A DNA stretch of 32,000 nt from Candidatus Saccharimonadota bacterium (GTDB taxonomy: Bacteria; Pseudomonadota; Gammaproteobacteria; Enterobacterales; Enterobacteriaceae): the NCBI RefSeq assembly GCF_012571795.1, contig NZ_CP046222.1:120819-152818 (forward strand), given 5' to 3'. The translations under genes were made by a program, and so were the position numbers. The notes beneath the pieces are model-generated. The model was not told the origin of the DNA. It saw only the letters and a program-made list of their open reading frames with translations, and did no database searches. Below are positions 7,974 to 19,745 of the stretch, one piece after another; the stretch's first letter is position 1, and every line of letters begins with the position of its first letter.

Positions 7974-9134
7974 TTATATATATTGTTTTAATTTTTCTAT
8001 AACAACTAATGTATTATTTTCTATAAATTTTAAAAAAGACCCACCACCAGTAGAAATATATGAAATATTATTAAATACATTAAATAATTCTATTGCTGCT
8101 AAGGTATCACCTCCACCTACAATAGAAAATGCATGATTTTTTGCAATAGTTTTAGCAATATTTTTAGTTCCTTCACAAAATTTTTGAAATTCAAAAACGC
8201 CAACGGGACCATTCCATAATATTGTAGATGCTTTATTTAATATATTAATAATTATTTGGATAGATTGATCACCAATATCCATAATTTTTTCATTATATAA
8301 AATATTATTAGTATTTCTTATATAAACAGGAGATGTATTTGAAAAATTTATACCTACACGAAAATCAACAGGTAAAATAATATTTTTACATTTTGTCATA
8401 ACATCTTTAGCTAATAGCATAGCATTTTTTTCATATAATGAACTACCAATATTATATTTAGTAGCTAAAATTGTATTAGCAATACCACCACCTACAATAA
8501 CCTTATCTGACATTTTAGATAATTTATTTAATAAACTAAATTTTGTTGAAATTTTAGCACCGCCTATAATAGAAATAATTGGTTTTTTTGGTTTATATAA
8601 AAATTTTTTTAAATTTATTAATTCATTAATTAATAGCAAACCAGCACATGATTGTTGTACAAAAGATATAATTCCATAAGTAGATGCATGTTTTCGATGT
8701 GCTGTAGCAAAAGCATCCATAACAAAAACATCACACAAAGCAGCATATTTTTTTGATAAGGTTATATCATTTGCTTTTTCACCAATATTAAAACGAATAT
8801 TTTCTAATAAAATTATTTCATTTTTTTTAAAAGATATACCATCTAAATATTTTTTTTTTAAAATAACTGGATGATTTAATAAATTGCTTAAATGCACAGC
8901 AATATTCTTTAATGATAATTTATTATTATATTCTCCTTCTACAGGTCTACCCAAATGAGATGCAATAATAATTTTAGCTCCATGATATAATGCATATTTA
9001 ATAGTTGGCAATGATAATTTTATTCTAATATCAGAAATAATTTTACCTTGTGAATCTATTGGCACATTAAAATCCGATCTAATAAAAACAACTTTGTTTT
9101 GGATTTCTATATCTAGAATATTTTTTATAGACAT
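7974..9134 (-). CDS. pgk: Phosphoglycerate kinase, 386 aa.
   Basis: Pgk motifs are present: V.IR.DFNVP, I.ASHLGRP, LLEN.RFN.GE, D.FVMDAF.TAHR..AST, GGAK.STK, GGGIANT, DIG..S, WNGP.GVFE...F..GT, GGGDT.AA, and YISTGGG.FL.F. The length is close to E. coli Pgk (387 aa). It sits in the conserved fbaA-pgk-tkt block, and epd is absent from the 38-bp pgk-tkt gap. Confidence 0.95.
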   Translation of the reverse strand: MSIKNILDIEIQNKVVFIRSDFNVPIDSQGKIISDIRIKLSLPTIKYALYHGAKIIIASHLGRPVEGEYNNKLSLKNIAVHLSNLLNHPVILKKKYLDGISFKKNEIILLENIRFNIGEKANDITLSKKYAALCDVFVMDAFATAHRKHASTYGIISFVQQSCAGLLLINELINLKKFLYKPKKPIISIIGGAKISTKFSLLNKLSKMSDKVIVGGGIANTILATKYNIGSSLYEKNAMLLAKDVMTKCKNIILPVDFRVGINFSNTSPVYIRNTNNILYNEKIMDIGDQSIQIIINILNKASTILWNGPVGVFEFQKFCEGTKNIAKTIAKNHAFSIVGGGDTLAAIELFNVFNNISYISTGGGSFLKFIENNTLVVIEKLKQYI

Positions 9135-9172
9135 AATTTATTATACCTTTTATTTATTATATATGAAAAATT

Positions 9173-11182
9173 TTAAATATTATTTTTTAATAATTTTTTT
9201 ATTACAGAAATAATATTTTCAACAGTAAATCCAAATTTTTTAAAAAGTTCCATAGAAGAACCTGAATAACCAAAAGAATTTATTCCTATAACTTTGCCTT
9301 TTAAACCCACATATTTATACCAAAAATCTTTTGAACCAGCTTCTATAGCAATTCTACATGTAATTTGTGGAGGTAAAACATAATTTTTATATTCTTCTGT
9401 TTGTTTATCAAAAACATCAGTTGAAGGCATGGAAACAACTCTAATTTTATATTTAATTAAAGATAATTTATTATATACTTGTACAGCTAAATCTACTTCA
9501 GATCCAGTAGCAATTAAAATAATATTTGGATTTTGTTCTATACAATCTTTTAAAATATAACCTCCATAATGGATATATTTAATTTTATTATTATTTCTAA
9601 TTTGTGTTGGTAAAATTTGTCTAGATAAAATTAATCCTGTAGGAGTATATTGATTTTCTATAGCATATTGCCATGCTATAAGTGTTTCAATTTTATCACA
9701 AGGACGCCAAATACTTATATTAGGTATTAATCTTAAACTAGATAATTGTTCTATAGGTTGATGTGTAGGACCATCTTCGCCAACACCTATAGAATCATGT
9801 GTATAAATCATAATATTTCTAATTTTCATTAATGAAGCCATACGTACTGCATTACGACAATAATCCATAAAAACTAAAAAAGTTGCGACATAAGGTATAA
9901 ACCCTTTATATAAAGCAATACCATTAGATATGGCCATCATTCCAAATTCTCTTACACCATAATAAATATAATTTCCATTTTTAAATTTATTAATAGGTTT
10001 AGAATTAGATAATAAAGTTAAATTACTTGAAGCTAAATCTGCAGAACCACCTAATAATTCTGGTAATATATTAGATAATTTTTCTAAAATATAATGTGAT
10101 GCTTCTCTAGTAGATAAATTAATATTATTCTTATACATATGATTTAATATATTTTGTAATTCTAGTTTCCAATTTGTAGGTAATTTATTATTAATTCTTC
10201 TTTTAAATTCTTCAGCTAATTTAGGAAATATTTTACAATAATCATTAAATTTATTTGCCCATTGTAATTCTTTTAAATCACCTATTTTTTTAGCATCCCA
10301 TTGTTTGTAAATATCTTCAGGTATATCAAATGGTTTATAATTCCAATTTAATTGTTTTCTAGTTAATAATATTTCTGTTTCTCCCAAAGGAGTACCATGT
10401 GAAATATTTTTACCTGATTTGTTAGGTGAACCAAAAGCAATAGTAGTATTACATATTAATAAAGAAGGTTTATCTGATTGCAAAGATTTCACTTGATTAA
10501 TAGCATTTTGTATTTTTTTATAATTATGTCCATCAATATTATCAATAACATTCCAACCATAAGATTCAAATCTTTTTTTTGTATTATCATTAAACCAATG
10601 TTTTACTTTTCCATCAATAGATATACCATTATTATCATAAAATACTATAAGTTTTTTTAATTGTAGTGTCCCTGCTAATGAACATACTTCATGAGAAATA
10701 CCTTCCATTAAACAACCATCACCAACAAAAACATATGTATAATGATTAATAATATCATATCCTGGTTTATTAAATTGTGCTCCTAATGTTTTTTCAGCAA
10801 TAGCCATACCTACTGCATTAGCTAAACCTTGTCCTAATGGACCTGTACTTGTTTCTACACCTAAAGTACATCGAAATTCTGGATGTCCGGGAGTATTAGA
10901 AAAAATTTTGCGAAATTTTTTTATATCGTTGATAGTTAAATTATAACCTGTTAGATGTAATAAACTATAAAGTAACATAACACTATGACCATTAGATAAT
11001 ACAAATCTATCACGATTAATCCATAATGGATTATTAGGATTATGATTTAAATAATTTCTCCATAATACTTCTGCTATATCAGCCATTCCCATTGGAGCGC
11101 CAGGATGTCCTGAATTAGAATGTTCAATAGCATCAATACTTAAAAATCTAATAGCATTAGCCAGATCTTTTCTAGAAGGCAT
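9173..11182 (-). CDS. tktA: Transketolase, 669 aa.
   Basis: Colinear with E. coli TktA (663 aa): [16 protein letters not shown]......[133 protein letters not shown]. Confidence 0.95.
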   Translation of the reverse strand: MPSRKDLANAIRFLSIDAIEHSNSGHPGAPMGMADIAEVLWRNYLNHNPNNPLWINRDRFVLSNGHSVMLLYSLLHLTGYNLTINDIKKFRKIFSNTPGHPEFRCTLGVETSTGPLGQGLANAVGMAIAEKTLGAQFNKPGYDIINHYTYVFVGDGCLMEGISHEVCSLAGTLQLKKLIVFYDNNGISIDGKVKHWFNDNTKKRFESYGWNVIDNIDGHNYKKIQNAINQVKSLQSDKPSLLICNTTIAFGSPNKSGKNISHGTPLGETEILLTRKQLNWNYKPFDIPEDIYKQWDAKKIGDLKELQWANKFNDYCKIFPKLAEEFKRRINNKLPTNWKLELQNILNHMYKNNINLSTREASHYILEKLSNILPELLGGSADLASSNLTLLSNSKPINKFKNGNYIYYGVREFGMMAISNGIALYKGFIPYVATFLVFMDYCRNAVRMASLMKIRNIMIYTHDSIGVGEDGPTHQPIEQLSSLRLIPNISIWRPCDKIETLIAWQYAIENQYTPTGLILSRQILPTQIRNNNKIKYIHYGGYILKDCIEQNPNIILIATGSEVDLAVQVYNKLSLIKYKIRVVSMPSTDVFDKQTEEYKNYVLPPQITCRIAIEAGSKDFWYKYVGLKGKVIGINSFGYSGSSMELFKKFGFTVENIISVIKKLLKNNI

Positions 11183-11411
11183 ACTTTACTCCTAAAGATT
11201 ATTAATTTTTATAAAAAAATATAATATTATATAAATATCATACTTTTATAAAATAAATACATATCATTAATAAAAATTGTTAGATAGTAAATTTTTAAAA
11301 TTTTTAATTAATGAATTAAATATATGATAATAGTATATTATGCATATAATTCAATTATTATAAATTAATTTTTAATAATTATGCATATTACATAATAATT
11401 TTATAAAAATA

Positions 11412-11441
11412 TTTACAATCTTAAACATGTTATGTTATAAA
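11412..11441 (+). promoter_or_regulatory. Candidate metK promoter (TTTACA, 18-bp spacer, TATAAA).
   Basis: TTTACA at 11412-11417 and TATAAA at 11436-11441 lie about 50 nt upstream of the homology-supported metK ATG at 11492. This rests on pattern only, and AT-rich background makes chance matches likely. Confidence 0.2.
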
Positions 11442-11491
11442 AATATATGTTCAAAATTATTAATTTATTATTTCATAAAGGTTTTAGTTTC

Positions 11492-12652
11492 ATGGAAAAA
11501 TATCTCTTTACATCAGAATCAGTATCAGAAGGGCATCCTGATAAAATGGCTGATCAAATTTCTGATGCAATATTAGATAATATTATCATACAAGATAAAA
11601 ATGCAAGAGTAGCTTGTGAAACATATATTAAAACAGGAATGGTATTACTTGGTGGTGAAATAACAACTACAGCACAAATTGATATAGAAACTATTATACG
11701 AAATACTATTAAAAATATAGGATATATAAATGCTAATACAGGTTTTGATGCTAATACATGCGCAATACTAAATATTATTAGTAAACAATCTAAAGATATA
11801 CAACAAGGTATATATAATAAAAATCATTTAAATCAAGGTGCTGGTGATCAAGGATTAGTATTTGGATATGCTACTAATGAAACTTCATCTTTTATGCCTG
11901 CACCTATTGTTTATGCACATAAACTAGTATATCAACAAGCACAAATTAGAAAAAAAAAAATTTTGCAATGGTTACGCCCTGATGCTAAAAGTCAAATAAC
12001 ATTTTGCTATAAAAATAATAAAATAGATAGTATACAATCTGTAGTATTATCTACACAAACAACAAAAAATATATCACGTAAAACATTAGAAGAAGCTTGT
12101 ATGGAAGAAATTATCAAACCAATTCTGCCAAAAAAATGGATTACTAATCAGACTAGTTTTTTTATTAATCCTGCTGGACGTTTTGTTATAGGTGGCCCAA
12201 TTAGTGATTGTGGTTTAACAGGACGCAAAATTATTGTCGATACTTACGGCGGTATGGCACGTCATGGTGGAGGAGCATTTTCAGGTAAAGATCCATCTAA
12301 AATTGATAGATCAGCCGCATATGCAGCAAGATATATAGCAAAAAACATAGTAGCAGCTTCGTTAGCATCTAAATGTGAAATACAAATAGCATATGTTATT
12401 GGAATAGCAAAACCTGTATCTATTATGGTAAATACATTTGGTACTGGTAAAATTTCTGATAGAAAAATAGTTAAATTAATTAAACAAAATTTTGATTTAA
12501 GACCATTTTATTTAATAAAAATGTTAGATCTTTTAAAACCAATATATCAACAAACTGCTGTTTATGGACATTTTGGAAGAAATATTTTTACATGGGAAAA
12601 AATAGATAAAATAAACCAATTACAAGATCTATCAGGTATTAAAATAATATAA
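11492..12652 (+). CDS. metK: S-adenosylmethionine synthetase, 386 aa. The start is revised from the track's 11447.
   Basis: From the ATG at 11492 the protein reads [29 protein letters not shown], matching E. coli Met[30 protein letters not shown] (384 aa). An AAGG Shine-Dalgarno at 11478-11481 lies about 10 nt upstream. Later motifs also match: [73 protein letters not shown]. The 15-codon upstream extension in the track has no homologous counterpart. Confidence 0.95.
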   Translation: MEKYLFTSESVSEGHPDKMADQISDAILDNIIIQDKNARVACETYIKTGMVLLGGEITTTAQIDIETIIRNTIKNIGYINANTGFDANTCAILNIISKQSKDIQQGIYNKNHLNQGAGDQGLVFGYATNETSSFMPAPIVYAHKLVYQQAQIRKKKILQWLRPDAKSQITFCYKNNKIDSIQSVVLSTQTTKNISRKTLEEACMEEIIKPILPKKWITNQTSFFINPAGRFVIGGPISDCGLTGRKIIVDTYGGMARHGGGAFSGKDPSKIDRSAAYAARYIAKNIVAASLASKCEIQIAYVIGIAKPVSIMVNTFGTGKISDRKIVKLIKQNFDLRPFYLIKMLDLLKPIYQQTAVYGHFGRNIFTWEKIDKINQLQDLSGIKII

Positions 12653-12666
12653 AGAAAAATATTTTT

Positions 12667-15186
12667 TTATATTTTTTGCAAACTAATTACTTGCTCATTT
12701 TTATTTATTTTGACAATAATTACACCATTTGTGTTACGACTAACTAAAGATATTTCTGAAACATTAATACGTATTAATGAACCAGTATTAGTAATTATTA
12801 AAATATGATCATTATCAGATACTTTTATACTACCAACTACTTGTCCATTTCTTATATTAGTTTTTATAGCAATTACACCTTTAGTTGCTCTAGATCTAAG
12901 AGGATATGCTTGATTAATAGTTCTTTTACCATATCCATTCTGTGTAATAGTTAATATATTTTTTTGGGATGTATTTGTTAAAATTATTAATGATACAACA
13001 CGATCTTTAGAAGATGTAAATCTAATACCACGCATTCCTAAAGTATTTCTTCCCATGTTTTTTACTGTAGAAGAATTAAATTTTACTACTTTACCTAAAG
13101 CAGAAAACAACATAACTTGTTGTGTGCATTTTATAAGAGCTGCATCTTGTATCAAATCATTAGATCTTAATTTAATTGCAATTATACCATTCTTACGTGG
13201 CTTACTAAATTGTTGGATACTAGTTTGTTTTACAAAACCTTGCTGTGTAACTATAAATAAATTAATATCATTAGGATATGAATTAATAACTAAAAAAGTA
13301 ATAATTCTTTCATTATTTTTTAATGGTAAAATATTTATAATAGGTTTGCCTTTAGCAAATCTATTAGCAAAAGGTAAATCATATACTTTTAACCAATATA
13401 AACGTCCTAAATTAGATAATAAAATAATATTGTCATGAGTATTGACTATTAATAATTTACTAATATAATCATTTTGATTTATTTTTGTTGCAAATTTACC
13501 TTTTCCACCTCTATGTTGTACATCATATTCAGATAATTTTTGATATTTAATATATCCTTTATATGTTAAAGTAACAATAACATTTTCTTTAATAATTAAA
13601 TCTTTTATATTCATAGAATATGGAGTATTTATAATTTTTGTTTTTCTATTATCACCAAATTCTTTTTTAATATTAATTAATTCATTGCAAATAATATTCA
13701 TTAAATAATTATCATTATTCAAAATTTGTGATAATTTATTAGTATTATATATTATTTGTTGATATTCATCACATAATTTTTGATATTCTAGATTAGTTAA
13801 TCTATAAAGTTTTAAATCTAAAATAGCTTGTACTTGTTTTAAACTAAATGAATAATGATTTTCATATTTTATTAATTTTGTATCTTTAAATACACAATTA
13901 TTTTTATTTTGTAGATTTAATTGTTGTATTATATTTTTTATATTCCATGTTTTATTAGAAATTGTATTTCTTATTACCTCAGTTCTTGTTGATGATTGTA
14001 TAATATTTATAATATCTTTTATATTAATTAATGCAACAATTAATCCTTCTAAAATATGTGCTTTATCATTATATTTTTTTATTTCGTATTGTGTTCGTCT
14101 TATAACAATTTCACGACGATGTTCTATAAAAGCTATAATAATTTTTTTTAAAGGCATTAATAAAGGTTTATTTTTATATAATGCTACCATGTTAATATTA
14201 AAAGTACTTTGTAAAGGTGTAAATTTATACAAATTATTTAAAATTATATTTGCAGATACATTTTTTTTTATATCTATAACAATTCTAATACCATCTTGAT
14301 CAGATTCATCTCTTAAATTTTTAATACCATTAATTTTTTTATTTTTAATTAAATCTATAATTTTTTCTATTAATTTTGCTTTATTAATTTGATAAGGTAA
14401 TTCATAAATTATAATTTGATTATACTGTTCATATTTTATTATTTTACTACGTCCTCTAATAATAATTTGCCCTTTACCTGTATCATATGCTTTTTGAATT
14501 CCTAATGTACCATTAATAACTCCTGAAGTTGGAAAATCAGGACCTGGAATATATTGCATTAATTCTTTTGTTGAAATATTATTATCATGTATATATGCAA
14601 TACATCCATTAATTATTTCTGTAAGATTATGAGGTGGTATATTAGTAGTCATGCCTACAGCTATTCCTGAAGAACCATTAATTAATATATTAGGAATTTT
14701 TGTAGGCATAATAGCAGGAATTTTTTCAGTACCATCATAATTTAATAAAAAATTAACTGTTTTTTTATCTATATCTTTTATAATTTCTTGTGTTATTTTA
14801 GTCATTCTAATTTCAGTATAACGCATTGCTGCTGCTGAATCACCATCAATAGAACCAAAATTACCTTGTCCATCTATTAAAGTGTATCTTAATGAAAAAT
14901 TTTGTGCTAATCTTACAATGGTATCATAAACAGCTGCATCACCATGTGGGTGATATTTTCCTATTACATCACCTACAATACGTGCAGATTTTTTATAAGG
15001 TTTGTTCCATAAATTTCCTAATATATGCATTGCATATAATATTCTTCTATGTACAGGTTTTAATCCATCACGAACATCTGGCAATGCTCTACCTACAATA
15101 ACAGACATTGCATAATCTAAATAAGAATTTTTTAATTCTGTTTCAATATTTACTAATGTAATATTTTTAGTACAAGAATTATCCAT
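12667..15186 (-). CDS. gyrA: DNA gyrase subunit A, 839 aa.
   Basis: Colinear with E. coli GyrA: [32 protein letters not shown], the [48 protein letters not shown] (catalytic Tyr), [19 protein letters not shown], and a C-terminal beta-pinwheel with the GyrA-box region QRRGGKGK -> QHRGGKGK. It lacks the acidic C-terminal tail of the E. coli protein (875 aa). A strong AAGGTGAT Shine-Dalgarno lies upstream. Confidence 0.95.
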   Translation of the reverse strand: MDNSCTKNITLVNIETELKNSYLDYAMSVIVGRALPDVRDGLKPVHRRILYAMHILGNLWNKPYKKSARIVGDVIGKYHPHGDAAVYDTIVRLAQNFSLRYTLIDGQGNFGSIDGDSAAAMRYTEIRMTKITQEIIKDIDKKTVNFLLNYDGTEKIPAIMPTKIPNILINGSSGIAVGMTTNIPPHNLTEIINGCIAYIHDNNISTKELMQYIPGPDFPTSGVINGTLGIQKAYDTGKGQIIIRGRSKIIKYEQYNQIIIYELPYQINKAKLIEKIIDLIKNKKINGIKNLRDESDQDGIRIVIDIKKNVSANIILNNLYKFTPLQSTFNINMVALYKNKPLLMPLKKIIIAFIEHRREIVIRRTQYEIKKYNDKAHILEGLIVALINIKDIINIIQSSTRTEVIRNTISNKTWNIKNIIQQLNLQNKNNCVFKDTKLIKYENHYSFSLKQVQAILDLKLYRLTNLEYQKLCDEYQQIIYNTNKLSQILNNDNYLMNIICNELINIKKEFGDNRKTKIINTPYSMNIKDLIIKENVIVTLTYKGYIKYQKLSEYDVQHRGGKGKFATKINQNDYISKLLIVNTHDNIILLSNLGRLYWLKVYDLPFANRFAKGKPIINILPLKNNERIITFLVINSYPNDINLFIVTQQGFVKQTSIQQFSKPRKNGIIAIKLRSNDLIQDAALIKCTQQVMLFSALGKVVKFNSSTVKNMGRNTLGMRGIRFTSSKDRVVSLIILTNTSQKNILTITQNGYGKRTINQAYPLRSRATKGVIAIKTNIRNGQVVGSIKVSDNDHILIITNTGSLIRINVSEISLVSRNTNGVIIVKINKNEQVISLQKI

Positions 15187-15283
15187 TTAAAATAATCACC
15201 TTACAATATGTAATATATATTTTATTTATTAATTTATATAAATATGTGCCATATAAAAAAATATTTTATAAAATATATTTTTA

Positions 15284-17707
15284 TTATTTATTATTATTTT
15301 CTTTTTTTAAACATTGTATTTTTCTTTTAGCATTATTAATAACTGTTTGAGGTATTCCTGCTAAAGACGCTACAAATAATCCATAATTATTACTTATAAT
15401 ACCTTTTTTTACAGTATATAAAAAAATAATACTATTATTAAATTTTATTGCATCAAAATATATATTTATTATACATGCATAATTTTTACTTAAATTAGTT
15501 AATTCAATATAGTTAGTAGCAAATAAAGTCATAGATTTATTTTTTACAGCTATATTTTCAGCACAAGCCCATGCTATGGCTAATCCATCATATGTAGAAG
15601 TACCTCTACCTATTTCATCCATTAATACTAAACTATTAGTTGTAGCATTAAGTAAAATATTAGATGTTTCCATCATTTCTATCATGAATGTAGATAGTCC
15701 TAGTGAAATATTATCATATGATCCAATTCTTGTAAATATTCGGTCTATAGGTCCTATTATAGCTTGTTTAGCAGGAACATAACTACCGATATAAGTCATA
15801 ATAATTATTAATGCAACTTGTCTCATATAGGTGCTTTTACCACCCATATTAGGTCCAGTAATCATTAACATATATTTTTCAGAATTTAAACATATATCAT
15901 TTGGTATAAATGGAGTTTTTAAAATATGTTCAACAACAGGATGTCTAGATTTAGTTAAAAATATACCCTTCTTTTTACTTATAATAGGCTTGTTATAATT
16001 CAATGTAATAGATCTTTCAGCTAAATTAGATAATACATCTAATTCTGATAAATATAAAGATAATTTTTGTAATTTTTTTAAAAAAGGTTGTATATACTGA
16101 AATAATTGATTATATAATTGTTTTTCTAATTGTAAAGATTGTTCTTTAATAGATAAAATATTTTTTTGATGCATTGTCAATGATAATAAATTATATCTAT
16201 TAAAATGTTTAAGTGTTTGTATTAAAATATATTGTTGTGGTAATTTTATGATTTTATTTTTTGGAATTTGAATATAATATCCACAAATAGTATTATAACC
16301 AATTTTTAATTTTTCAATATCTAATTTTTTACGTTCTTTTTTTTCTACATAATTTAAATATTCTGCAGAATCTAGTGTTTGTTTCCTTAATTTATCTAAT
16401 TTAATACTATATCCTTGTGCAATAACATTCCCGTATTTTATAGAATTTGCAGGATTATTACTAATAGAATTATTTAGTAAAGAATTTAATTTAGTAAATA
16501 ATCCTATTTCTAAAATTTTTTTTTTTATATCACAATATGGTATTTGCTTAAGTTTTTTATGTATATTAGGTAGAATAACAAATAATTTTTTTAAAATAAC
16601 AAAATCTTGAGGTTTAGCTGTTTGCAAAGATAAACGTGCAATAATTCGTTCAATATCACCAATTTTAGATAAATAATTTTGTAAATCTATGTAATGATCT
16701 ATTAATACCGTAATGCTATTTTGTCTAGAATAAATAATATTTATATCTAGTATTGGTGTATTTAACCATCTTTGTAATAAACGACTACCCATAGAAGTTT
16801 TTGTATGATTAATAATATAAAATAAAGTATGTTGTTTATTACCATATATATTTTTTATAATTTCTAGATTTTTTCTTGTATTGTTATCCATTATAATTTC
16901 ATTATTATAATTAGATAATATTATCGTATTAATATGTGGTAAAAATATACGTTGTGTTTCTTTAATATATTGTAAAATACAACCAGCAGCTTTTATAGCC
17001 ATTACATAATTTATAATCCCAATATTTTTTAAAGTATCTATACCAAATTGTTTACATAAATTGTGATATGATACTTCATAATTGAATGTATCCAATGGTC
17101 TAAATTTTATACATTTTATTTTTTCAATTAATTTGGTATGATTAAAATTATTTGTACATAATAATTCTACAGGATTAGTTTTATATAATTCTCCAGCTAT
17201 AATATCATAATTTTTGTTTTCTATAACTTGTACATTACCCGAACTCATATTTAAAGTTGCATATCCAAAACCTAATTTTTCATCAAAACATATAGAAGCT
17301 AATAAATTATCTTGTGAATTTTTTAATAAATAATCATCGCTAACAGTACCAGGGGTAATAATACGTACTATTTTTCTTTCTAAAATTTTGTTTTTAAATA
17401 ATCTTGTTTTATCTGTTTGTTCACATATAGCAATTGATTCACCTGCATTAATTAATTTTAATAAATAGTTTTCTATACTATGTACAGGTATACCTGCCAT
17501 AGGAATACATATATTTTTAGTAGTATATTTTTTAGTTAAAACGATATTTAGTATTTTAGAAGCTTTGATAGCATCATTATAAAACATTTCATAAAAATCT
17601 CCTACACGATAAAATAATAAAATATTTGGATATTCTTTTTTTAATTCAGAATATTGATTCATCATAGGAGTTAATTTGATATAATTTTTTATTTTAATAT
17701 CATTCAT
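15284..17707 (-). CDS. mutS: DNA mismatch repair protein MutS, 807 aa.
   Basis: The N-terminal mismatch-binding region reads TPMM.QY...K..YP..LLF(F)YR(M)GDFYE.F, and a GIP.H motif follows. The ATPase domain has Walker A ITGPNMGGKSTYMRQ.ALI, plus STFM.EM.ET..IL..AT..SL.L.DE.GRGTSTYDG..IAWA. It is somewhat shorter than E. coli MutS (853 aa). Confidence 0.95.
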   Translation of the reverse strand: MNDIKIKNYIKLTPMMNQYSELKKEYPNILLFYRVGDFYEMFYNDAIKASKILNIVLTKKYTTKNICIPMAGIPVHSIENYLLKLINAGESIAICEQTDKTRLFKNKILERKIVRIITPGTVSDDYLLKNSQDNLLASICFDEKLGFGYATLNMSSGNVQVIENKNYDIIAGELYKTNPVELLCTNNFNHTKLIEKIKCIKFRPLDTFNYEVSYHNLCKQFGIDTLKNIGIINYVMAIKAAGCILQYIKETQRIFLPHINTIILSNYNNEIIMDNNTRKNLEIIKNIYGNKQHTLFYIINHTKTSMGSRLLQRWLNTPILDINIIYSRQNSITVLIDHYIDLQNYLSKIGDIERIIARLSLQTAKPQDFVILKKLFVILPNIHKKLKQIPYCDIKKKILEIGLFTKLNSLLNNSISNNPANSIKYGNVIAQGYSIKLDKLRKQTLDSAEYLNYVEKKERKKLDIEKLKIGYNTICGYYIQIPKNKIIKLPQQYILIQTLKHFNRYNLLSLTMHQKNILSIKEQSLQLEKQLYNQLFQYIQPFLKKLQKLSLYLSELDVLSNLAERSITLNYNKPIISKKKGIFLTKSRHPVVEHILKTPFIPNDICLNSEKYMLMITGPNMGGKSTYMRQVALIIIMTYIGSYVPAKQAIIGPIDRIFTRIGSYDNISLGLSTFMIEMMETSNILLNATTNSLVLMDEIGRGTSTYDGLAIAWACAENIAVKNKSMTLFATNYIELTNLSKNYACIINIYFDAIKFNNSIIFLYTVKKGIISNNYGLFVASLAGIPQTVINNAKRKIQCLKKENNNK

Positions 17708-17803
17708 TTCATATTATTTATTATTTATATATATTATTATTAATTTAATAATATAATTATTAATTATATATAGAAAATTAATAATTATTAATAAATTAAT
17801 ATT

Positions 17804-18541
17804 TTATTCATTATTTTCTTGATTTTTATCATTATTACCTAACACACGTAAAATTGTTAAGAATAAATTAATAAAATCTAAATATAATATTAATGCACCT
17901 AAAATAGCATAACGTCTAATATTATCTGTATCATTTAAATTTGTACTAATTATATTAGCAAATGTTTTAAGTTTTTGAGTATCTACAGCAATTAAAACTG
18001 TAAATAAAATAATACTTATATAATTTATAATTGATATAATAATATCATTATGAAAAAAAAGATTAATAAAAGAAGATAATATAATGCCAATTAATCCCAT
18101 CATTATAATATTATTAATATGACTTAAATCTTTTTTTGTTGTGTAACCCCATATATACATAATCAGAAATGTACTAGCAGCAGTAATAAAAGCTGTAAAA
18201 ATAGTATTATGATTATATAAAGAACATATACTAGCAGTAGTTATACCTGTTAAACATGAATAAAAAATAAATAATATTGTTAATATTTGACCAGATAATC
18301 TATTTAAAAAATTAGATATAGTAAATACTAATCCTAATTGTAATAAACATAAAACAAATAATAAAATCTTATTATAAAACAAATATTGCATAATATATGT
18401 TGTATTAACGATATTCCATGCGATGTATGATGTTAAAATTAATCCGCAAAACATCCAACCAAATACTTTAGTAATATATATATTTATGTAGTTTTTATTA
18501 CAATTTATGGTTGTATTTTTAAAATTTGAATATTCTATCAT
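17804..18541 (-). CDS. ybhL: BAX-inhibitor-1 / YbhL-family inner-membrane protein (TMBIM family), 245 aa.
   Basis: Seven predicted hydrophobic segments. It is colinear with E. coli YbhL: V(Y/F)GWM..GL.LT...AW, LS......LF..YS.LTG.T..SI, YGYTTK(R/K)DLS, LIGI.L.S..N, A.DTQKLK, (L/I)R(K/R)Y(S/A)ILGAL.LYLDFINLFL..LR..GN. An AGGTGAT Shine-Dalgarno lies upstream. Confidence 0.8.
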   Translation of the reverse strand: MIEYSNFKNTTINCNKNYINIYITKVFGWMFCGLILTSYIAWNIVNTTYIMQYLFYNKILLFVLCLLQLGLVFTISNFLNRLSGQILTILFIFYSCLTGITTASICSLYNHNTIFTAFITAASTFLIMYIWGYTTKKDLSHINNIIMMGLIGIILSSFINLFFHNDIIISIINYISIILFTVLIAVDTQKLKTFANIISTNLNDTDNIRRYAILGALILYLDFINLFLTILRVLGNNDKNQENNE

Positions 18542-18646
18542 ATAAAATCACCTATATTTATAATAAAATTTTATATTTAAAAATAAATAATATTTAATAT
18601 TGTTAAATTATAAAAATCATATAAAATATATTAATTTATTTTATAT

Positions 18647-18654
18647 TGTATAAT
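18647..18654 (+). promoter_or_regulatory. Candidate extended -10 element (TGTATAAT) upstream of rsmH and the mur operon.
   Basis: TGTATAAT at 18647-18654 matches TGnTATAAT and lies 72 nt upstream of the rsmH ATG, inside the 185-bp divergent ybhL/rsmH spacer. That is where the dcw-cluster promoter would be expected once mraZ is gone. Pattern match only. Confidence 0.2.
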
Positions 18655-18726
18655 ATTTGTTAATATAAAATCCATATTATTTTAATAAATAATAAAATTT
18701 AATTATTATAAAATATTTAATTACTT

Positions 18727-19659
18727 ATGATACATATACCTGTTTTATTAAAAGAAGCCATAAAGAATTTAAATATTAAACATAATGGTATATATATAGA
18801 TGCTACTTATGGTTGTGGTGGGCATACTTATGCTATTTTACAAAAGTTAGGACCATTAGGCAAAGTTTATGCTATTGATCGTGATAATTGTACTATCATA
18901 CAAAATAAGATACATGATAAACGAATTATATATATATATGATAATTTTTCTAATTTACAAAATATTTGTTGTAAATATAATATTTTAGGCAAAGTTGATG
19001 GTATATTATTTGATTTAGGACTCTCATCTTTTCAACTTAATAATCCTGATAGAGGTTTTTCTTTTATGTTAAATGGTCCTTTAGATATGAGAATGAATCA
19101 AAAAGATAATATTACTGCTTATACTTTTCTAAAAAATATAAATCAAGATAAACTATCTCATATATTAAAAATATATGGTGAAGAAAGATTTCATAAAAAA
19201 ATAGCTATTAAAATAAAAAAATATATATCATTTAATAATTTAAATAGCACACATGATTTATCTAATATAATACGTTCTACAATATTTTTAAATAAAAAAT
19301 ATAATAAACATCCAGCAACACGAACATTTCAAGCTATACGTATTGTTATTAATAATGAATTAGAAGAGCTAAAACAAGCTTTATATCATACATTAAAGAT
19401 TTTAAAAATAGGAGGTATTTTATCTGTAATTAGTTTCCATTCATTAGAAGATAGAATTGTTAAAAAATTTATGACAAAATATAGTAAAATTAATGATGAT
19501 TTTTTAAAAATTCCTTTTAATATTCTTGAAATAAATAATTTTAATAATATTAAATATATTAAATTAAAAATTATTAATAGGGTTTTTCCTAATAAAGATG
19601 AAATTTTCTTGAATCCTAGATCTAGGAGTGCAATATTACGTATTGCACAAAGAGTATAA
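18727..19659 (+). CDS. rsmH: 16S rRNA (cytosine1402-N4)-methyltransferase RsmH (MraW), 310 aa.
   Basis: Colinear with E. coli RsmH (313 aa): H.PVLL.EA...LNI...GIYID.T(F/Y)G.GGH, A.DRD, DG.L.DLG.SS.QL....RGFSFM..GPLDMRM, YGEERF.K.IA, HPATRTFQA.RI..N.ELEE...AL, GG.LS.ISFHSLEDRIVK.FM, NPR(A/S)RS..LR.A.R. Confidence 0.95.
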   Translation: MIHIPVLLKEAIKNLNIKHNGIYIDATYGCGGHTYAILQKLGPLGKVYAIDRDNCTIIQNKIHDKRIIYIYDNFSNLQNICCKYNILGKVDGILFDLGLSSFQLNNPDRGFSFMLNGPLDMRMNQKDNITAYTFLKNINQDKLSHILKIYGEERFHKKIAIKIKKYISFNNLNSTHDLSNIIRSTIFLNKKYNKHPATRTFQAIRIVINNELEELKQALYHTLKILKIGGILSVISFHSLEDRIVKKFMTKYSKINDDFLKIPFNILEINNFNNIKYIKLKIINRVFPNKDEIFLNPRSRSAILRIAQRV

Positions 19660-19745
19660 ATATTATTTAAAAATAATTAATAATTATTCTTAATATATTA
19701 AAAATAACATTACGTATTTATTTATTATTAAAAGGTTAAATAAAT

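Noticed and set aside
11447-11491. The 15-codon N-terminal extension of metK in the ORF track ([15 protein letters not shown]).
   Set aside because: Homology to MetK begins exactly at the internal ATG at 11492 ([18 protein letters not shown]). That ATG has an AAGG Shine-Dalgarno, which falls inside the supposed extension.
13055-13438. A 127-aa ORF on the + strand inside gyrA.
   Set aside because: It is entirely antisense to a strongly conserved region of gyrA (the beta-pinwheel domain). Its product is low-complexity and hydrophobic with no recognisable motif, and it has no upstream spacer, Shine-Dalgarno or promoter of its own. It is most simply a frame kept open by the sense-strand codon pattern.
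18542-18726. A possible replication origin at the minus-to-plus coding-strand switch between ybhL and rsmH.
   Set aside because: I found no credible DnaA boxes; the best match, ATATGGATT, hits only the GGAT core of TGTGGATAA. The strand switch is not clean, since dnaQ, the tRNA and metK are already on + upstream. The spacer is only 185 bp, and I could not evaluate GC skew by eye. It is more simply a divergent promoter region.
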